Shown: positions 18,924 to 28,915 of the stretch, piece after piece
How positions within the stretch are numbered: position 1 is the stretch's first letter
How the letters are laid out: every line of letters begins with the position of its first letter
Assembly: GCF_000341395.1 (NCBI RefSeq)
Contig: NC_020304.1
Span: forward strand, 450,001-482,000
DNA length: 32,000 nucleotides
Reading direction: 5' to 3'
Source: Desulfocapsa sulfexigens DSM 10523
GTDB taxonomy: Bacteria > Desulfobacterota > Desulfobulbia > Desulfobulbales > Desulfocapsaceae
Program-made: the position numbers and the translations under genes
Notes under the pieces: model-generated
Seen by the model: only the letters and a program-made list of their open reading frames with translations
Databases searched by the model: none
Told to the model about the DNA's origin: nothing

Positions 18924-21900
18924 TCGTAGAGTTTATCAAGCACATCCAGTGACGGCCTGTCAGAAAACAGACCATTTCCCGGACAATCGGGACGCATCCC
19001 CCTGGCAAAAAGATAAAAAACTCCTCCAAAATCTCTTTCATACTCATAGCCTGAAAGAGTGGTCAGCAAATAGCGGTGGAGCACCAGCGTATAGATCCAG
19101 TACTGGAGACCATAGTTATGGTCATACATGGCGGCCACCAGCTGCTTTTCACCGTAGTCAGATACATAAGGCCCAAGATAATTGGTTTTATAATCCATGA
19201 CATAATACTTTCCACGATGCCGGCAGACAAGATCAATAAAACCGGTAAGGTACCCCTGCAAACTTTTCTCCTGAACGGGTTGTACCACCGTAGAGAATTG
19301 CAGTAATTTATTGATTCCTTCCGTGGACCCCTCGCGAAGATGGAAATAAAAGGGCATCTCTTTTAAGACATCCTTTTCATGAAGATCCGACAGGGCAAAC
19401 ATTTTTTTTCCATCTGGTCGCTGGAGCGGTGTTCTTGTCACATCCCGCAGCAGATTCATCAGCTGATCACTTTCTGCCATCACCCCAAAGCGACTGCACT
19501 GCCCCTGACATTCAGTTTCATAATCAGTCTCCCCTGCCAACATGGAAAAGGAATAATCTTCCAGCAAACCATGCACCACGTTGCCAAGGCCTGCCCCCAG
19601 AGGAAGTGGATGAATCTTTGGCGACTCATTTTCACTCACTGGTACTTTCTCTTCAGGAACTCCCCCGGCAAGCAGATGTCCGGATCCGGCGAGAGCCGTA
19701 TAACTGGTCATCAACCATTCTCCAGGAAGCGATGTTCTGGAAAATACTCTGCAGGAAAGATCCGGCGGCTTTGCGGCAGCCACATGCCATGGCTCGTCTT
19801 CAATAAGGGCAGACACGGATTGAAGCTCCACGGAATCATCGACACAAAGTTGCCGAAAGCCTTCAGTCTGCTTAGATATCCCCCGACACTCCTGCAACGA
19901 CAGAACCCAGGCCAGTGCAGACTCGCTCGACGGCATATCAAAACGACTGCCACGAACATCGGCCCAGAACACATAACAGCGACTGCTTGCCCGTGTCACC
20001 GCCACATAAAGCAGTCTTGCCTCTTCTGCCAGCTCCTCACTCAAGGCAGTTTCACGCCTCTTTTGAAAATGTGCAGATCCAAGATCTGCCACCCGCCTGT
20101 TCTGGTCGTCGTGATAGGAAATGCAGTGTTTTTCCTGTTTAAGAAAACCAGGCCGATACCAGAGATAGGGACAGAAGACGACAGGGTACTCAAGGCCTTT
20201 CACTGCATGCATGGTCACCACCTTAACGGCCTGTTCATCACTTTCAAGACGCAGCTGGGCATGTTCGTGAGTCTCGGCAGATTCCATCTCCGTCGCCAGG
20301 TATTGAAGGGTATGGAAGAGATGGAGATTATCCGCACTTTCTTTCTCCTGAAGCAGTTCGACAAGGTGCTGTATATTGGAAATCTGCCGTTCCGCCAGAG
20401 GAAGGGCGCAGAGGGTCTCAAAAACTGATTCGCGGACAAAAAGGCTGTTCATCATCGCAAGAAAGCCCTTTTCCTGCCAGAGACGATTATAGTCATGGAA
20501 ACGCTCAAGCCACCCTTCCATAATCTGTTCATCATGTACCTGCTCATACAGTTCAGGGCCATTCATCCCAAACCACCTGCTACTCATGGCACTGCGCAGC
20601 AGCCGAACATCGGAGGGCATGGCAACGGCTTCCGCCACCCGCTGCAGGTCACGACATTCTGGTGTTTCAAAAACGGTTTTCCTGCTGAAGACAATGGCCG
20701 GAATGCCGCCACGCGCCAGGGATTCTTGAAAGGATTCGGCCTGTTTGTTACTGCGAACAAGGATGGCAATATCCCCTGCAGTTATCCCTCTTTTTTCACC
20801 CGTATCCGTAAGCAGAGATCCACCATGAAGCAGCTTCCTGATTTCAGCTGCCACATAGAGTTCGAGCCGCTCTCTAATCTTCCCCGAAGTCCATGGCGTC
20901 ACCCCGTCTTCTTCGGGAGATTCGAGACTGCAGTAGACCATAGCTGCCTGCACTCTGTCATCCTGCCACAATTTCCAGCAGTCACCCGATTTTGCTGCAT
21001 CCACACGGTTATAGCTGAGCTCGGGACTGACAAAGGCATCCTCTTTCTGAAGAAAGAGCCTATTCACAGCAGCAACCAGCAACGGATTGGAGCGATAATT
21101 TCTCTCAAGCCCCAGAAGATAGTCCGCAGACCTTCTCGCCTGGAAATAGGCGGCAATATCCGCTCCCCGGAACTTATAAATGGCCTGTTTGGGATCACCA
21201 ATAAGATAGAGGAAATGGTGTTTGCTGCTTCCACCAAAAAGGCTCGAGAAGATACGATACTGGGCAGCATCGGTATCCTGAAATTCATCGATCAACGCAA
21301 CCTGAAACCGCCCGGCCAGCACCCGTTGCAGATCTTCTCGTCTTGGACCATCGAGAGCCTGCGCCAAAGAAACAACGAGGTCGTCAAAAGAAAAACGTCC
21401 CTGAGAAAGCAGCCGTTCCCGAAGCCCTCCCTGTAATTCAAGAGCCAGATTGATACGGAAGACCAGAACAGCATTTTTACAGCTTTCCAGAAACGAATCA
21501 ACGATACTGTCCGCCAGGGGAAAATCCTCCAGAAAGGCCTCTTTCTTTGCTGCCCCACGCAGTTTCGTACCATTCAGTTCATCCATAAGGGGCGTACGTC
21601 CGAAAAACTCAAGCCTGGGTGGCAGGCGGCGTTCAGTTCCACTAAAAAACCGCCCGCATTGCTGCCACCACTGTTCAAAGTTTTCCGCAAAAGGCTTTTT
21701 GAACTTTCCCTCATCCAGGGCCTTCGAAAAAGAGTCATAAAGGGCGTCTGATTTTTCATTCCACCAGTCAACAAGTTCTGTTAAGGCAGTATCCACTGAC
21801 ATCAGAGACTCAGGAACAGAGATTCGATCAGCGGGCTCAATGCAATCTTCAGCTCCAACTCCTTTAACGGTTTCATACAGGGAATCGGGGTCGGAAAAAT

Positions 21901-22435
21901 GACTGAGAAAGAGGGAGCAGTGAAAATCAGACAGTTCATACATCTGCCTCCGCCAGTAGTCGGCCACCAGTTCACTTCGTATCTTACTGACATCGGCAGT
22001 AAGCTCCATATCAAAAAGCTGTCCCGACTCCAGGGCCTGCTCCTGAAGCATTCGCTGGCAAAAACCATGAATGGTAAAAACCGCCGCCCGATCCATATCG
22101 AGAAGGGCAATTTCAAGGCGGGCAATGGCAAGGGCTTTATTAGGAAGATTATCCAGATAGGCAAGCAGTGCCGGATCGTCGCCACTCCTGGAGCCGTCGG
22201 TCAGAATATTTCTGGCCTCAAGCAATCGGGTACGAATTCTTGACCGCAGTTCTTCGGTTGCGGCACGGGTGTAGCTGACCACCAGCAACTCTTCCACAGC
22301 CACCTCAAATTCCACGACAAACCGCAGCACCAGCATGGCAATGGCATATGTTTTCCCTGTTCCGGCGCTGGCCTCAACCACATTAACGCCCCTGTTAAGA
22401 ACAGCGGATGCGGCATCAAATGAGTTCACTGACAT
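18905..22435 (-). CDS. recB: Exodeoxyribonuclease V beta subunit RecB (start re-called to ATG at 22435)
   Basis: MSVNSFDAA...NVVEASAGTGKTYAIAMLVLRF, DLVVSLAQAL, ALIDEFQDTDAAQYRIFSSLF, GDPKQAIYKFRGADI, VKVVTMHAVKGLEYPVVFCP; C-terminal nuclease YVMDYKTNYLG. The tracked N-terminal 37 aa overlap recC; an AGAGGG-like SD precedes the internal ATG. Confidence 0.93.
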   Translation of the reverse strand: MSVNSFDAASAVLNRGVNVVEASAGTGKTYAIAMLVLRFVVEFEVAVEELLVVSYTRAATEELRSRIRTRLLEARNILTDGSRSGDDPALLAYLDNLPNKALAIARLEIALLDMDRAAVFTIHGFCQRMLQEQALESGQLFDMELTADVSKIRSELVADYWRRQMYELSDFHCSLFLSHFSDPDSLYETVKGVGAEDCIEPADRISVPESLMSVDTALTELVDWWNEKSDALYDSFSKALDEGKFKKPFAENFEQWWQQCGRFFSGTERRLPPRLEFFGRTPLMDELNGTKLRGAAKKEAFLEDFPLADSIVDSFLESCKNAVLVFRINLALELQGGLRERLLSQGRFSFDDLVVSLAQALDGPRREDLQRVLAGRFQVALIDEFQDTDAAQYRIFSSLFGGSSKHHFLYLIGDPKQAIYKFRGADIAAYFQARRSADYLLGLERNYRSNPLLVAAVNRLFLQKEDAFVSPELSYNRVDAAKSGDCWKLWQDDRVQAAMVYCSLESPEEDGVTPWTSGKIRERLELYVAAEIRKLLHGGSLLTDTGEKRGITAGDIAILVRSNKQAESFQESLARGGIPAIVFSRKTVFETPECRDLQRVAEAVAMPSDVRLLRSAMSSRWFGMNGPELYEQVHDEQIMEGWLERFHDYNRLWQEKGFLAMMNSLFVRESVFETLCALPLAERQISNIQHLVELLQEKESADNLHLFHTLQYLATEMESAETHEHAQLRLESDEQAVKVVTMHAVKGLEYPVVFCPYLWYRPGFLKQEKHCISYHDDQNRRVADLGSAHFQKRRETALSEELAEEARLLYVAVTRASSRCYVFWADVRGSRFDMPSSESALAWVLSLQECRGISKQTEGFRQLCVDDSVELQSVSALIEDEPWHVAAAKPPDLSCRVFSRTSLPGEWLMTSYTALAGSGHLLAGGVPEEKVPVSENESPKIHPLPLGAGLGNVVHGLLEDYSFSMLAGETDYETECQGQCSRFGVMAESDQLMNLLRDVTRTPLQRPDGKKMFALSDLHEKDVLKEMPFYFHLREGSTEGINKLLQFSTVVQPVQEKSLQGYLTGFIDLVCRHRGKYYVMDYKTNYLGPYVSDYGEKQLVAAMYDHNYGLQYWIYTLVLHRYLLTTLSGYEYERDFGGVFYLFARGMRPDCPGNGLFSDRPSLDVLDKLYDCLGAK

Positions 22436-25400
22436 ATGCCCTCTTCCAGATAGACTCGTAAAACCAGTCACAGAGATCAATAAATTCCTGCTCCAGAAAA
22501 CTGTCCGCACTCCGTCCCTGGTAGAGCAATTCCCATTCGGCTTCAAAGCCCCTGTTCAAGGAATCTTCAACAGACTTAATGGCCCTGGAAATGGGAGCGG
22601 TTCTTCCGCCATTTTCATTCTTTGCACTCTGTACGGCGTAGGCAAAGACAGCCTCAACCATCAGGATAGATGGAGTCTGCTGTCCCCTTTGAAAGAGGGA
22701 GAGCAACTCCTGAAGATCCTCTGCCGTTGCACTGGCAGCAGGAAAAACAAGCTCGACATCTTTAGCCAACAACCTGGTTTCCCTGGCATCGTCAAGGCAG
22801 ATAGCAGAGAGACAGTGATGAAGCCAGGCAGCAAAAACATCCTGCCCCTTCAGCAAAGTATAACGAAACAGAAAGGAGCCATTCGAATAGAAAGAACTCA
22901 TCCTCCCGGATATATGAAAACCACAGAATTCGCCATCGAGAAACCTGTCCTCTTCACTCCCGAACGCCTTCCGGGTGGCGACACGATCCACAAAAGTTTG
23001 CAGTTCCTCCCGCTTTTCTGAAAAACTGATATTCCCCGGTGTGCCAAGAGGCCATTGCCCTGCTGCCTGAACCTGCTGCTGTAATAAGCGCTGTTCACTA
23101 CTACCGAGAAAACCATTGATCATATCCTGTTCCACCAGATACTTTTGAAGACTATCCAGGACAAAGGGTTCATGTTCCTCAACGGACAGGTTCTGTTGCC
23201 CAAGATGAATCCCCAGAATATCCCGAACAAAATATTTTTGTGGATTCCGGAAAAAAGATTTAAGTTCCGCCACACTGCAAACATCTTTTGCTTCGCCCTC
23301 GATTCTCCCCTGCCACCATGGATCAGGAGTATCATGTTTTCCATGCAGGGCCGAACCGACCTCCATCAGCTGACGATTATAACTGAACAGTGAACCAGAA
23401 CCATCAAAGTACGTTGAGGAAAACCCGTGAAGCGGATGAACATCTACCAACGAATCCACGCCATAGACCCGTAAAATATCCAGCAGCTCGGAAACAACAA
23501 CCGAGGGAGGCAGGGTATCATTACTGCGAATGGACTGTCCGATGTAGCTGATATAGAGACTTCCGCGTGCTGAAAGAATCGCCTCCAGAAACTGATACCT
23601 GTCATCACTCCTGCGAGATCTGTCTCCAGGAACAGGTTTTTCCCCCAGCAGGTCAAATGGTGGATGAAAATCATTTTTGGGAAAGACGGTGTCATTGAGC
23701 CCAAGCAGGCAAACCTTCTGAAACGGAATGGAGCGCATGGGCAGCATGGAACAGAATGTCAACTGACCGCGTAAAAAACCTGCACTGGATCGTTTTTCCT
23801 CAACAGCCCCCTGCAACCAGGAACGAATCACCTCAAAACTGACCCCTTTTTGGTGTACATTACCATATTCCTGACCCAGATCGGTAAGTACCCCGTACAG
23901 TTCTACCAGACCATCATTGTTTTCGGTCACAAACAGACGGTCTGCAAAACCGCTCAAAAGTACGGCCCATTCTCCAAGGCTGTGAAGCCCTGCGAATTGC
24001 TGTGCGGCTTGTTCAAGAAGGTCACAGAAAAATGACAGGCCACCGAGGGCAGCAGCCATTCCTCCCTCAATATCCGGGTATGGCAGAATGCCATCCACAT
24101 CACCGCTCTCGGCAGTTGCATAGCCCATCAATAAACGGTCAAGGCCACTCTCCCAGGTGCACTCGTTTTTTCCCGGCAACCCCATATCCCGTTTCTGCCT
24201 TCCTGACAGACCCCAGCGAATACCGGATGAAACGACCCAGTGGCGAATCAGCTCCAGCTCATCCTCATGAATGTCAAATCGGGGATACACCTCTTTACGC
24301 CCGAGGAGATCAAGGACCTCACTCCAGCCAAAACGACTAGAGCAGAGACTCAGGAACTGGAGATAGACGGCAAGGAATGGATTGCTCTGGGCGGGATTTC
24401 TGTCTGCAATGGAGTGTGGAATATCATGAAAAACGGCGGGAATCATCCCGCTGTACTCCTGAATATCGGGAGCCATAACCACAATGTCCTTCAGTGCCAG
24501 ATCCGGATCTTCATCCAGCCAGTGTAAAATACGATCCTTTAAGATCATCAGCTCACGGTGAGGGGAGTGAGCGGAAACAACAACCACGGAATCATCCTTC
24601 GCAAGAGGTACGGAAAGTGGTGTCAGTTCACCCTTCAGGAGGTCTGACTGCACTCTGTGGAGCAGGCACGGCTTGCTGTGATCCAGGGGGTCGGCAAAAC
24701 TCTTGAACTCGCCCGCAAACAGAATATCCTCCAGGAGCATATTCTGGAACTCCCTACCCTGCTGAGAAAGAGAGGTAAGAAGCGGATGACTTGTCAGGCC
24801 TTGTTCTAAAACCTGTTTCCCATCTCTGAGAGCAGAGATATTCTTTTTCAGCTGTACCTGTTCACTCAGTTGATCACCCCAGAAAATCTCACAGGGAGAC
24901 AGGAGATACAAATGAACATCGCAGTGTGCCGCCAAAGCCTGCAGACAGTTCAACAGAACCGGTGGAAGGCTGTGCAGGCCGAACACCGAAAGACGCCTGG
25001 GCAACAATGAACCGTGATCGGCATCCGTTGCCAGGATATCGATAAAATCTCGCAGAAACCGACCACGATGCCTTGAATGGCCAATACCATCACGGAGCAT
25101 ATTCCAGAGTTCCATCTGGTACACTTCGGCAGGATTATTCGTGGCAGTTTTTCCATTTTCCCAGCCCTCAATCATGGCAAAGCGCATAATCTGATACTGA
25201 TCGAAAATATTTGCCAGCTGCTGGGCTAGCTGATACCGCTTCATGCCGTTTGTATCACCGGACACATAGCGCCCCACTGCTGCAAATTTCTCGTCTTCAG
25301 GGCTGAGATCGCGAAAAATGTTTTCAAGATGCCAGCAGATTCTATCCCGTGCATACTCTTCCGGCCCGGATTCCACCCCGAGACGATCAGCCATCAAGGC

Positions 25401-25607
25401 AAAAAAACGGGTGGGCAGCATATATTCATAGTTGCACCATGAGACAAATCGCTGCGCCAGATTCTGGGAAAGCATACGCTCCATCCCCTGACTCTGGATG
25501 AGGAAATACTCGGGACTGAAGGGATCACGGTCATCGTCAAGCCGCAACACTTCAGCGAGCTGATGAATAAGATTTTCAGTTCTGTTAGAGAGGTGGAGAT
25601 AGAACAT
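22416..25607 (-). CDS. recC: Exodeoxyribonuclease V gamma subunit RecC
   Basis: 1063 aa; FYLHLSNRTENLIHQLAEVL, FLIQSQGMERMLSQNLAQRF, VSAHSPHRELMILKDRIL, CSMLPMRSIPFQKVCLLGLNDTVFPK, GDRSRRSDDRYQFLEAILSARGSLYISYIG. Confidence 0.93.
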   Translation of the reverse strand: MFYLHLSNRTENLIHQLAEVLRLDDDRDPFSPEYFLIQSQGMERMLSQNLAQRFVSWCNYEYMLPTRFFALMADRLGVESGPEEYARDRICWHLENIFRDLSPEDEKFAAVGRYVSGDTNGMKRYQLAQQLANIFDQYQIMRFAMIEGWENGKTATNNPAEVYQMELWNMLRDGIGHSRHRGRFLRDFIDILATDADHGSLLPRRLSVFGLHSLPPVLLNCLQALAAHCDVHLYLLSPCEIFWGDQLSEQVQLKKNISALRDGKQVLEQGLTSHPLLTSLSQQGREFQNMLLEDILFAGEFKSFADPLDHSKPCLLHRVQSDLLKGELTPLSVPLAKDDSVVVVSAHSPHRELMILKDRILHWLDEDPDLALKDIVVMAPDIQEYSGMIPAVFHDIPHSIADRNPAQSNPFLAVYLQFLSLCSSRFGWSEVLDLLGRKEVYPRFDIHEDELELIRHWVVSSGIRWGLSGRQKRDMGLPGKNECTWESGLDRLLMGYATAESGDVDGILPYPDIEGGMAAALGGLSFFCDLLEQAAQQFAGLHSLGEWAVLLSGFADRLFVTENNDGLVELYGVLTDLGQEYGNVHQKGVSFEVIRSWLQGAVEEKRSSAGFLRGQLTFCSMLPMRSIPFQKVCLLGLNDTVFPKNDFHPPFDLLGEKPVPGDRSRRSDDRYQFLEAILSARGSLYISYIGQSIRSNDTLPPSVVVSELLDILRVYGVDSLVDVHPLHGFSSTYFDGSGSLFSYNRQLMEVGSALHGKHDTPDPWWQGRIEGEAKDVCSVAELKSFFRNPQKYFVRDILGIHLGQQNLSVEEHEPFVLDSLQKYLVEQDMINGFLGSSEQRLLQQQVQAAGQWPLGTPGNISFSEKREELQTFVDRVATRKAFGSEEDRFLDGEFCGFHISGRMSSFYSNGSFLFRYTLLKGQDVFAAWLHHCLSAICLDDARETRLLAKDVELVFPAASATAEDLQELLSLFQRGQQTPSILMVEAVFAYAVQSAKNENGGRTAPISRAIKSVEDSLNRGFEAEWELLYQGRSADSFLEQEFIDLCDWFYESIWKRAYVSELI

Positions 25608-25716
25608 ACATTCAAAAAATGAGGTTGGAATACTCAGGAGTTTCTTGACTCAGAAACCTTTATAGTTACAATACAGCAACCAGCAGCACACAACAATAAC
25701 ATATACTCCTCTTCCA

Positions 25717-26220
25717 ATGACCATGCAAATACGTATTGCCAGACCGACTGACCTTGAACAGATTGTAAGCATCTACAATCAAGCGGTTGCCGAGGGGAAC
25801 TGTACCGCTGACACCGAAGCACTCACCGTTGCTGATCGTCGGGAATGGTTTGCAGAGCACAGCCCTGAAAAATATCCTATTTATGTTATTGCAGAAGAGG
25901 CAACTGCCCCCATCATCGGCTGGTGCAGTCTCAGCGCCCACCGCAAGGGAAGGATGGCATTAGCGAATGTGGCTGAAATAAGCTACTACGTGAACAAAAA
26001 CCATAGAGAAAAAGGAGTTGGCAGACAACTTATGCGCCACGCATTAGAAAAGGCACCAACACTTGGCCTTCACAACCTCTTTGCCATTCTCCTTGACACA
26101 AATAAGATCAGTGTTGATTTTCTTGAAAAAAACGGATTTTCACGGTGGGGCCACCTTCCTGATATCGCAGAATTTCCGAACAGAGTTTGCGGCCAGTATA
26201 TTTATGGCCGGAAGGTGTGA
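25717..26220 (+). CDS. GNAT family N-acetyltransferase (phosphinothricin acetyltransferase-like)
   Basis: 167 aa; MQIRIARPTDLEQIVSIYNQAV, AEISYYVNKNHREKGVGRQLMRHAL (acetyl-CoA binding motif), VDFLEKNGFSRWGHLP. Confidence 0.88.
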   Translation: MTMQIRIARPTDLEQIVSIYNQAVAEGNCTADTEALTVADRREWFAEHSPEKYPIYVIAEEATAPIIGWCSLSAHRKGRMALANVAEISYYVNKNHREKGVGRQLMRHALEKAPTLGLHNLFAILLDTNKISVDFLEKNGFSRWGHLPDIAEFPNRVCGQYIYGRKV

Positions 26221-26284
26221 CATTACTTTCAGGTACTCGAGAAACGTATTACAAATGAGTTTTATTTACCTGATTACCACTGAT

Positions 26285-26413
26285 CCTCAGCCTAACCGCC
26301 TGAGGAGGAGTTGTTTCGTGTTGATTATATGGGCATCTGCGGCCTGGACGGCCGCAGCAGAGGCCCCAGGGATGGGTTTATGGCGTCCCATATAATCGAC
26401 ACGGAACAGCTCC
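26285..26413 (+). ncRNA. Candidate structured RNA / palindromic element
   Basis: 26307-26333 (ggagttgtttcgtgttgattatatggg) pairs with 26387-26413 (cccatataatcgacacggaacagctcc) over 27 bp, with 3 U.G pairs and no mismatch in + strand RNA. Inside are 26337-26344/26350-26357 (ctgcggcc-tggac-ggccgcag) and a small ccc-CAGGGAT-ggg hairpin (26364-26376). A 6-bp hairpin cctcag/ctgagg (26285-26305) sits immediately upstream. Confidence 0.65.
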
Positions 26414-26569
26414 GGGTTGCAAAGCTGAGTTTCGATGGTAATCAGATTTATTTATCACGTAACTCTCTCATTTTAAAACCTATTTCTTACAATAAAAAAA
26501 CTTTGCACAGTATAAAGCTTGATATCGCTCAAGATCGTAGTGTCTTTTCATATAACTCTTCCAACTTCC

Positions 26570-28915
26570 CTATTCTTTGCTTAAGGGCAGGGTAATAGTA
26601 AAGGTAGATCCCTGCCCTGGCTCAGATTCAACCTCCAATGTGCCCCCATGTTTATTGACAATCACATCCCGGGCAATAGCCAGCCCCTGACCGGTCCCCT
26701 TTCCAACTTCTTTGGTAGTGAAAAATGGATCAAAGACCTTGGCCTGAATCTCTGGTGGGATACCGCAACCAGTATCGCGCACACGAATCTCCATCTTATC
26801 AGCTATCTGCCGAAGCGAGATGGTAATTTGTCCCATTGCTTTATCGGGGTTATCACCCAGTTGGCGTGCAATGGCATGGGAAGAATTCACCAACAGATTG
26901 AGAAAGACCTGCCCCATTTCATCGGAAAGGCATGGAACCTGGGGTAAATTATCAGCGAAGTCCATTTCCACAGTCGCCACATATTTCCATTCATTCCGGC
27001 AGACAGTCAACGTGGTGTTAATGAGATCCGGGAGTGAAAGCATCGTCTTTTCCTTGCTGCCAGGATGGGAAAATTCTTTCATTGCCTTAACTATGGACGC
27101 AATTCGTTGTGCTCCGTCCTTGGATTGCTCAATGGCCTGAGGAAGCTCTTCAGAGAGAAATTCCCAGTCTGCATCTTTCAAAAGCGTTTCTATTTCTTCA
27201 AGCAAGTGAGGCGTGACCTTATCGTTCTTTGTCGCTATCAGCAATCGATGATACCCCTCAAGTAACATGCTGATATCCTGAAAGCTCTCATCCATAAAAC
27301 TTATATTGCTGGAGATAAATTGAGTCGGGGTATTAATCTCATGGGCAATACCGGCAGCCAATTGTCCTACTGATTCCAACTTTTGGGCATGGAGCAATTG
27401 AGACTGCAATACTTCCTTCTCCTGGGCCTCCTTTAATCTCTTGGTAATATCACGAACAATGGCAACGCACCGTCCTACTCCTTCGGCGGGTTTTACGTAC
27501 TGTAAAAAAACTTCAACAGGAATACACTTGCCAGTTTTGGTGAGATGCTCCGTGCTAAGAGTCAAAGATTCCTTCTTACCATCGAGTAGAGGGGCAATCA
27601 ATGCCCTAAATGATTCCTCGGTGAAGCTCGGCGTTATGTCCACTGGAGTCATCTTAAACAATTCTTCAGAACTATAACCAACCTGGTGTATCGCACCTTG
27701 ATTGACATAGATAAAACGAAGCGTTTCAGGTTGAAACATAAAGACGCAATCGAGAATTTGATCCAAAGTCATCTTAAACTCATTGAGAGAGCTTTGGATA
27801 CGCTTTCGTTGGGCCAACTCATGGTCAAGAACGGTCATGGTGAGTCGCAAACGACCATTGAGACGTCCGATATAGATGATTACAGTGACCCCAATGACAA
27901 GCAATATAACAAGTCCAATCAGCCAGGGTTTGTACTGGTCGACTAACTGTTGGAGTGTAATCTCTTCGACCATATCGTAGGGAGCAAATTTGATAGCCTT
28001 CAGACAGTCGTGCACTGTATTATAATCAAGAGGGATGGTCCATCCTACCATACCGGCGTTTTTTGCCGCCTCATCTCCGGGTTGCATCTGAAGCAGAGCG
28101 ACTACGACATCCCGAGCCAATTCATCATCAGTATGAGCAACCTTGGCGAAAGGCCATTCAGGATAAAGAGTTGTGGTGTGGAGATATCTGAAATCTGGAT
28201 TTGCAAGAGCCTGCGCATCCAGAACCCGAAATTGATCTAATTTTATTTTTCCTTCCTGAGCCATCTTCTCAAGAATGCCGGTTCGAACAGTTCCTGCATC
28301 GACTGTCTTCTTCAATACCGCCATTACCACGGCATCATGAGTACCACCAAAAAGAAGCTCCTGGAAATCTTTTTTGGGATCGACCTTGTGATCAAGCAGA
28401 TAACGCCACGCCATATGCCAACCACCAAATGACTTTTCATCAACCGCAATAAATCGTTTTCCCGAGAGATCTTTCACCGACTGAATATCTTTACGGTCAC
28501 TTAGGCAGAAAATTACTCCACCAAATTGAGTCATCCCCATTTCAGAGCTTTTTGTCTTCATGGTAACCATCCGAGCCTCACCATAGTGATACTCCAGATT
28601 AACGTACATGGATGAGTTGGTGATTGTAAAATCAACCTTCTCTGCTCCCACATATTGAGACATCTCGTCAAAATCTAAAGGAATAATAGAAAAAGTCTTT
28701 CCAGGAATTTTCTTTGTAAGATATGCAGCCGTGGCATCCCATTGTCGTCGGGACTTTTCTTTACCACGAAGTGCCAAGACACCTATTTTGACCTCGGCTA
28801 GCTGACTTTGATCCTTTTGTTCAGCAAAAACCGAAACTGGAAAGATCAAAAAGAGGCAAAATATTAAAATTATAACGAATAATGAGTAAAAAGTTAGGTT
28901 GTATTGCCTTTTCAT
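26570..28915 (-). CDS. Sensor histidine kinase with PhnD/phosphonate-binding-like periplasmic domain, PAS, HisKA, HATPase
   Basis: 781 aa; signal/TM, VKIGVLALRGKEKSRRQWDATAAYLTKKIPGKTFSIIPLDF, FGGTHDAVVMAVLKKTVDAGTVRTGILE, TM LIGLVILLVIGVTVIIYIG, PAS, HAQKLESVGQLAAGIAHEINTPTQFI, DTGCGIP...GKGTGQGLAI. Confidence 0.9.
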   Translation of the reverse strand: MKRQYNLTFYSLFVIILIFCLFLIFPVSVFAEQKDQSQLAEVKIGVLALRGKEKSRRQWDATAAYLTKKIPGKTFSIIPLDFDEMSQYVGAEKVDFTITNSSMYVNLEYHYGEARMVTMKTKSSEMGMTQFGGVIFCLSDRKDIQSVKDLSGKRFIAVDEKSFGGWHMAWRYLLDHKVDPKKDFQELLFGGTHDAVVMAVLKKTVDAGTVRTGILEKMAQEGKIKLDQFRVLDAQALANPDFRYLHTTTLYPEWPFAKVAHTDDELARDVVVALLQMQPGDEAAKNAGMVGWTIPLDYNTVHDCLKAIKFAPYDMVEEITLQQLVDQYKPWLIGLVILLVIGVTVIIYIGRLNGRLRLTMTVLDHELAQRKRIQSSLNEFKMTLDQILDCVFMFQPETLRFIYVNQGAIHQVGYSSEELFKMTPVDITPSFTEESFRALIAPLLDGKKESLTLSTEHLTKTGKCIPVEVFLQYVKPAEGVGRCVAIVRDITKRLKEAQEKEVLQSQLLHAQKLESVGQLAAGIAHEINTPTQFISSNISFMDESFQDISMLLEGYHRLLIATKNDKVTPHLLEEIETLLKDADWEFLSEELPQAIEQSKDGAQRIASIVKAMKEFSHPGSKEKTMLSLPDLINTTLTVCRNEWKYVATVEMDFADNLPQVPCLSDEMGQVFLNLLVNSSHAIARQLGDNPDKAMGQITISLRQIADKMEIRVRDTGCGIPPEIQAKVFDPFFTTKEVGKGTGQGLAIARDVIVNKHGGTLEVESEPGQGSTFTITLPLSKE

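Noticed and set aside
19379-21436. 349-aa and 313-aa + strand ORFs opposite recB
   Set aside because: Both are shadows of the highly conserved recB coding frame, with low-complexity, non-protein-like composition.
17229-25607. RecBCD region as a novel defence island
   Set aside because: All three genes read as ordinary RecB, RecC and RecD housekeeping repair proteins. No restriction, CRISPR, toxin-antitoxin or reverse-transcriptase gene accompanies them.
26311-26595. 94-aa + strand ORF (TTG start) spanning the structured element and overlapping the kinase 3' end
   Set aside because: It has a non-ATG start inside the palindromic stem and no recognisable domain, and the base-pairing pattern explains the sequence better than coding.
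26585-26617. 8-bp inverted repeat gggcaggg...ccctgccc
   Set aside because: It lies within the coding end of the kinase gene and has no following T-tract, so it is probably coincidental to the coding sequence.
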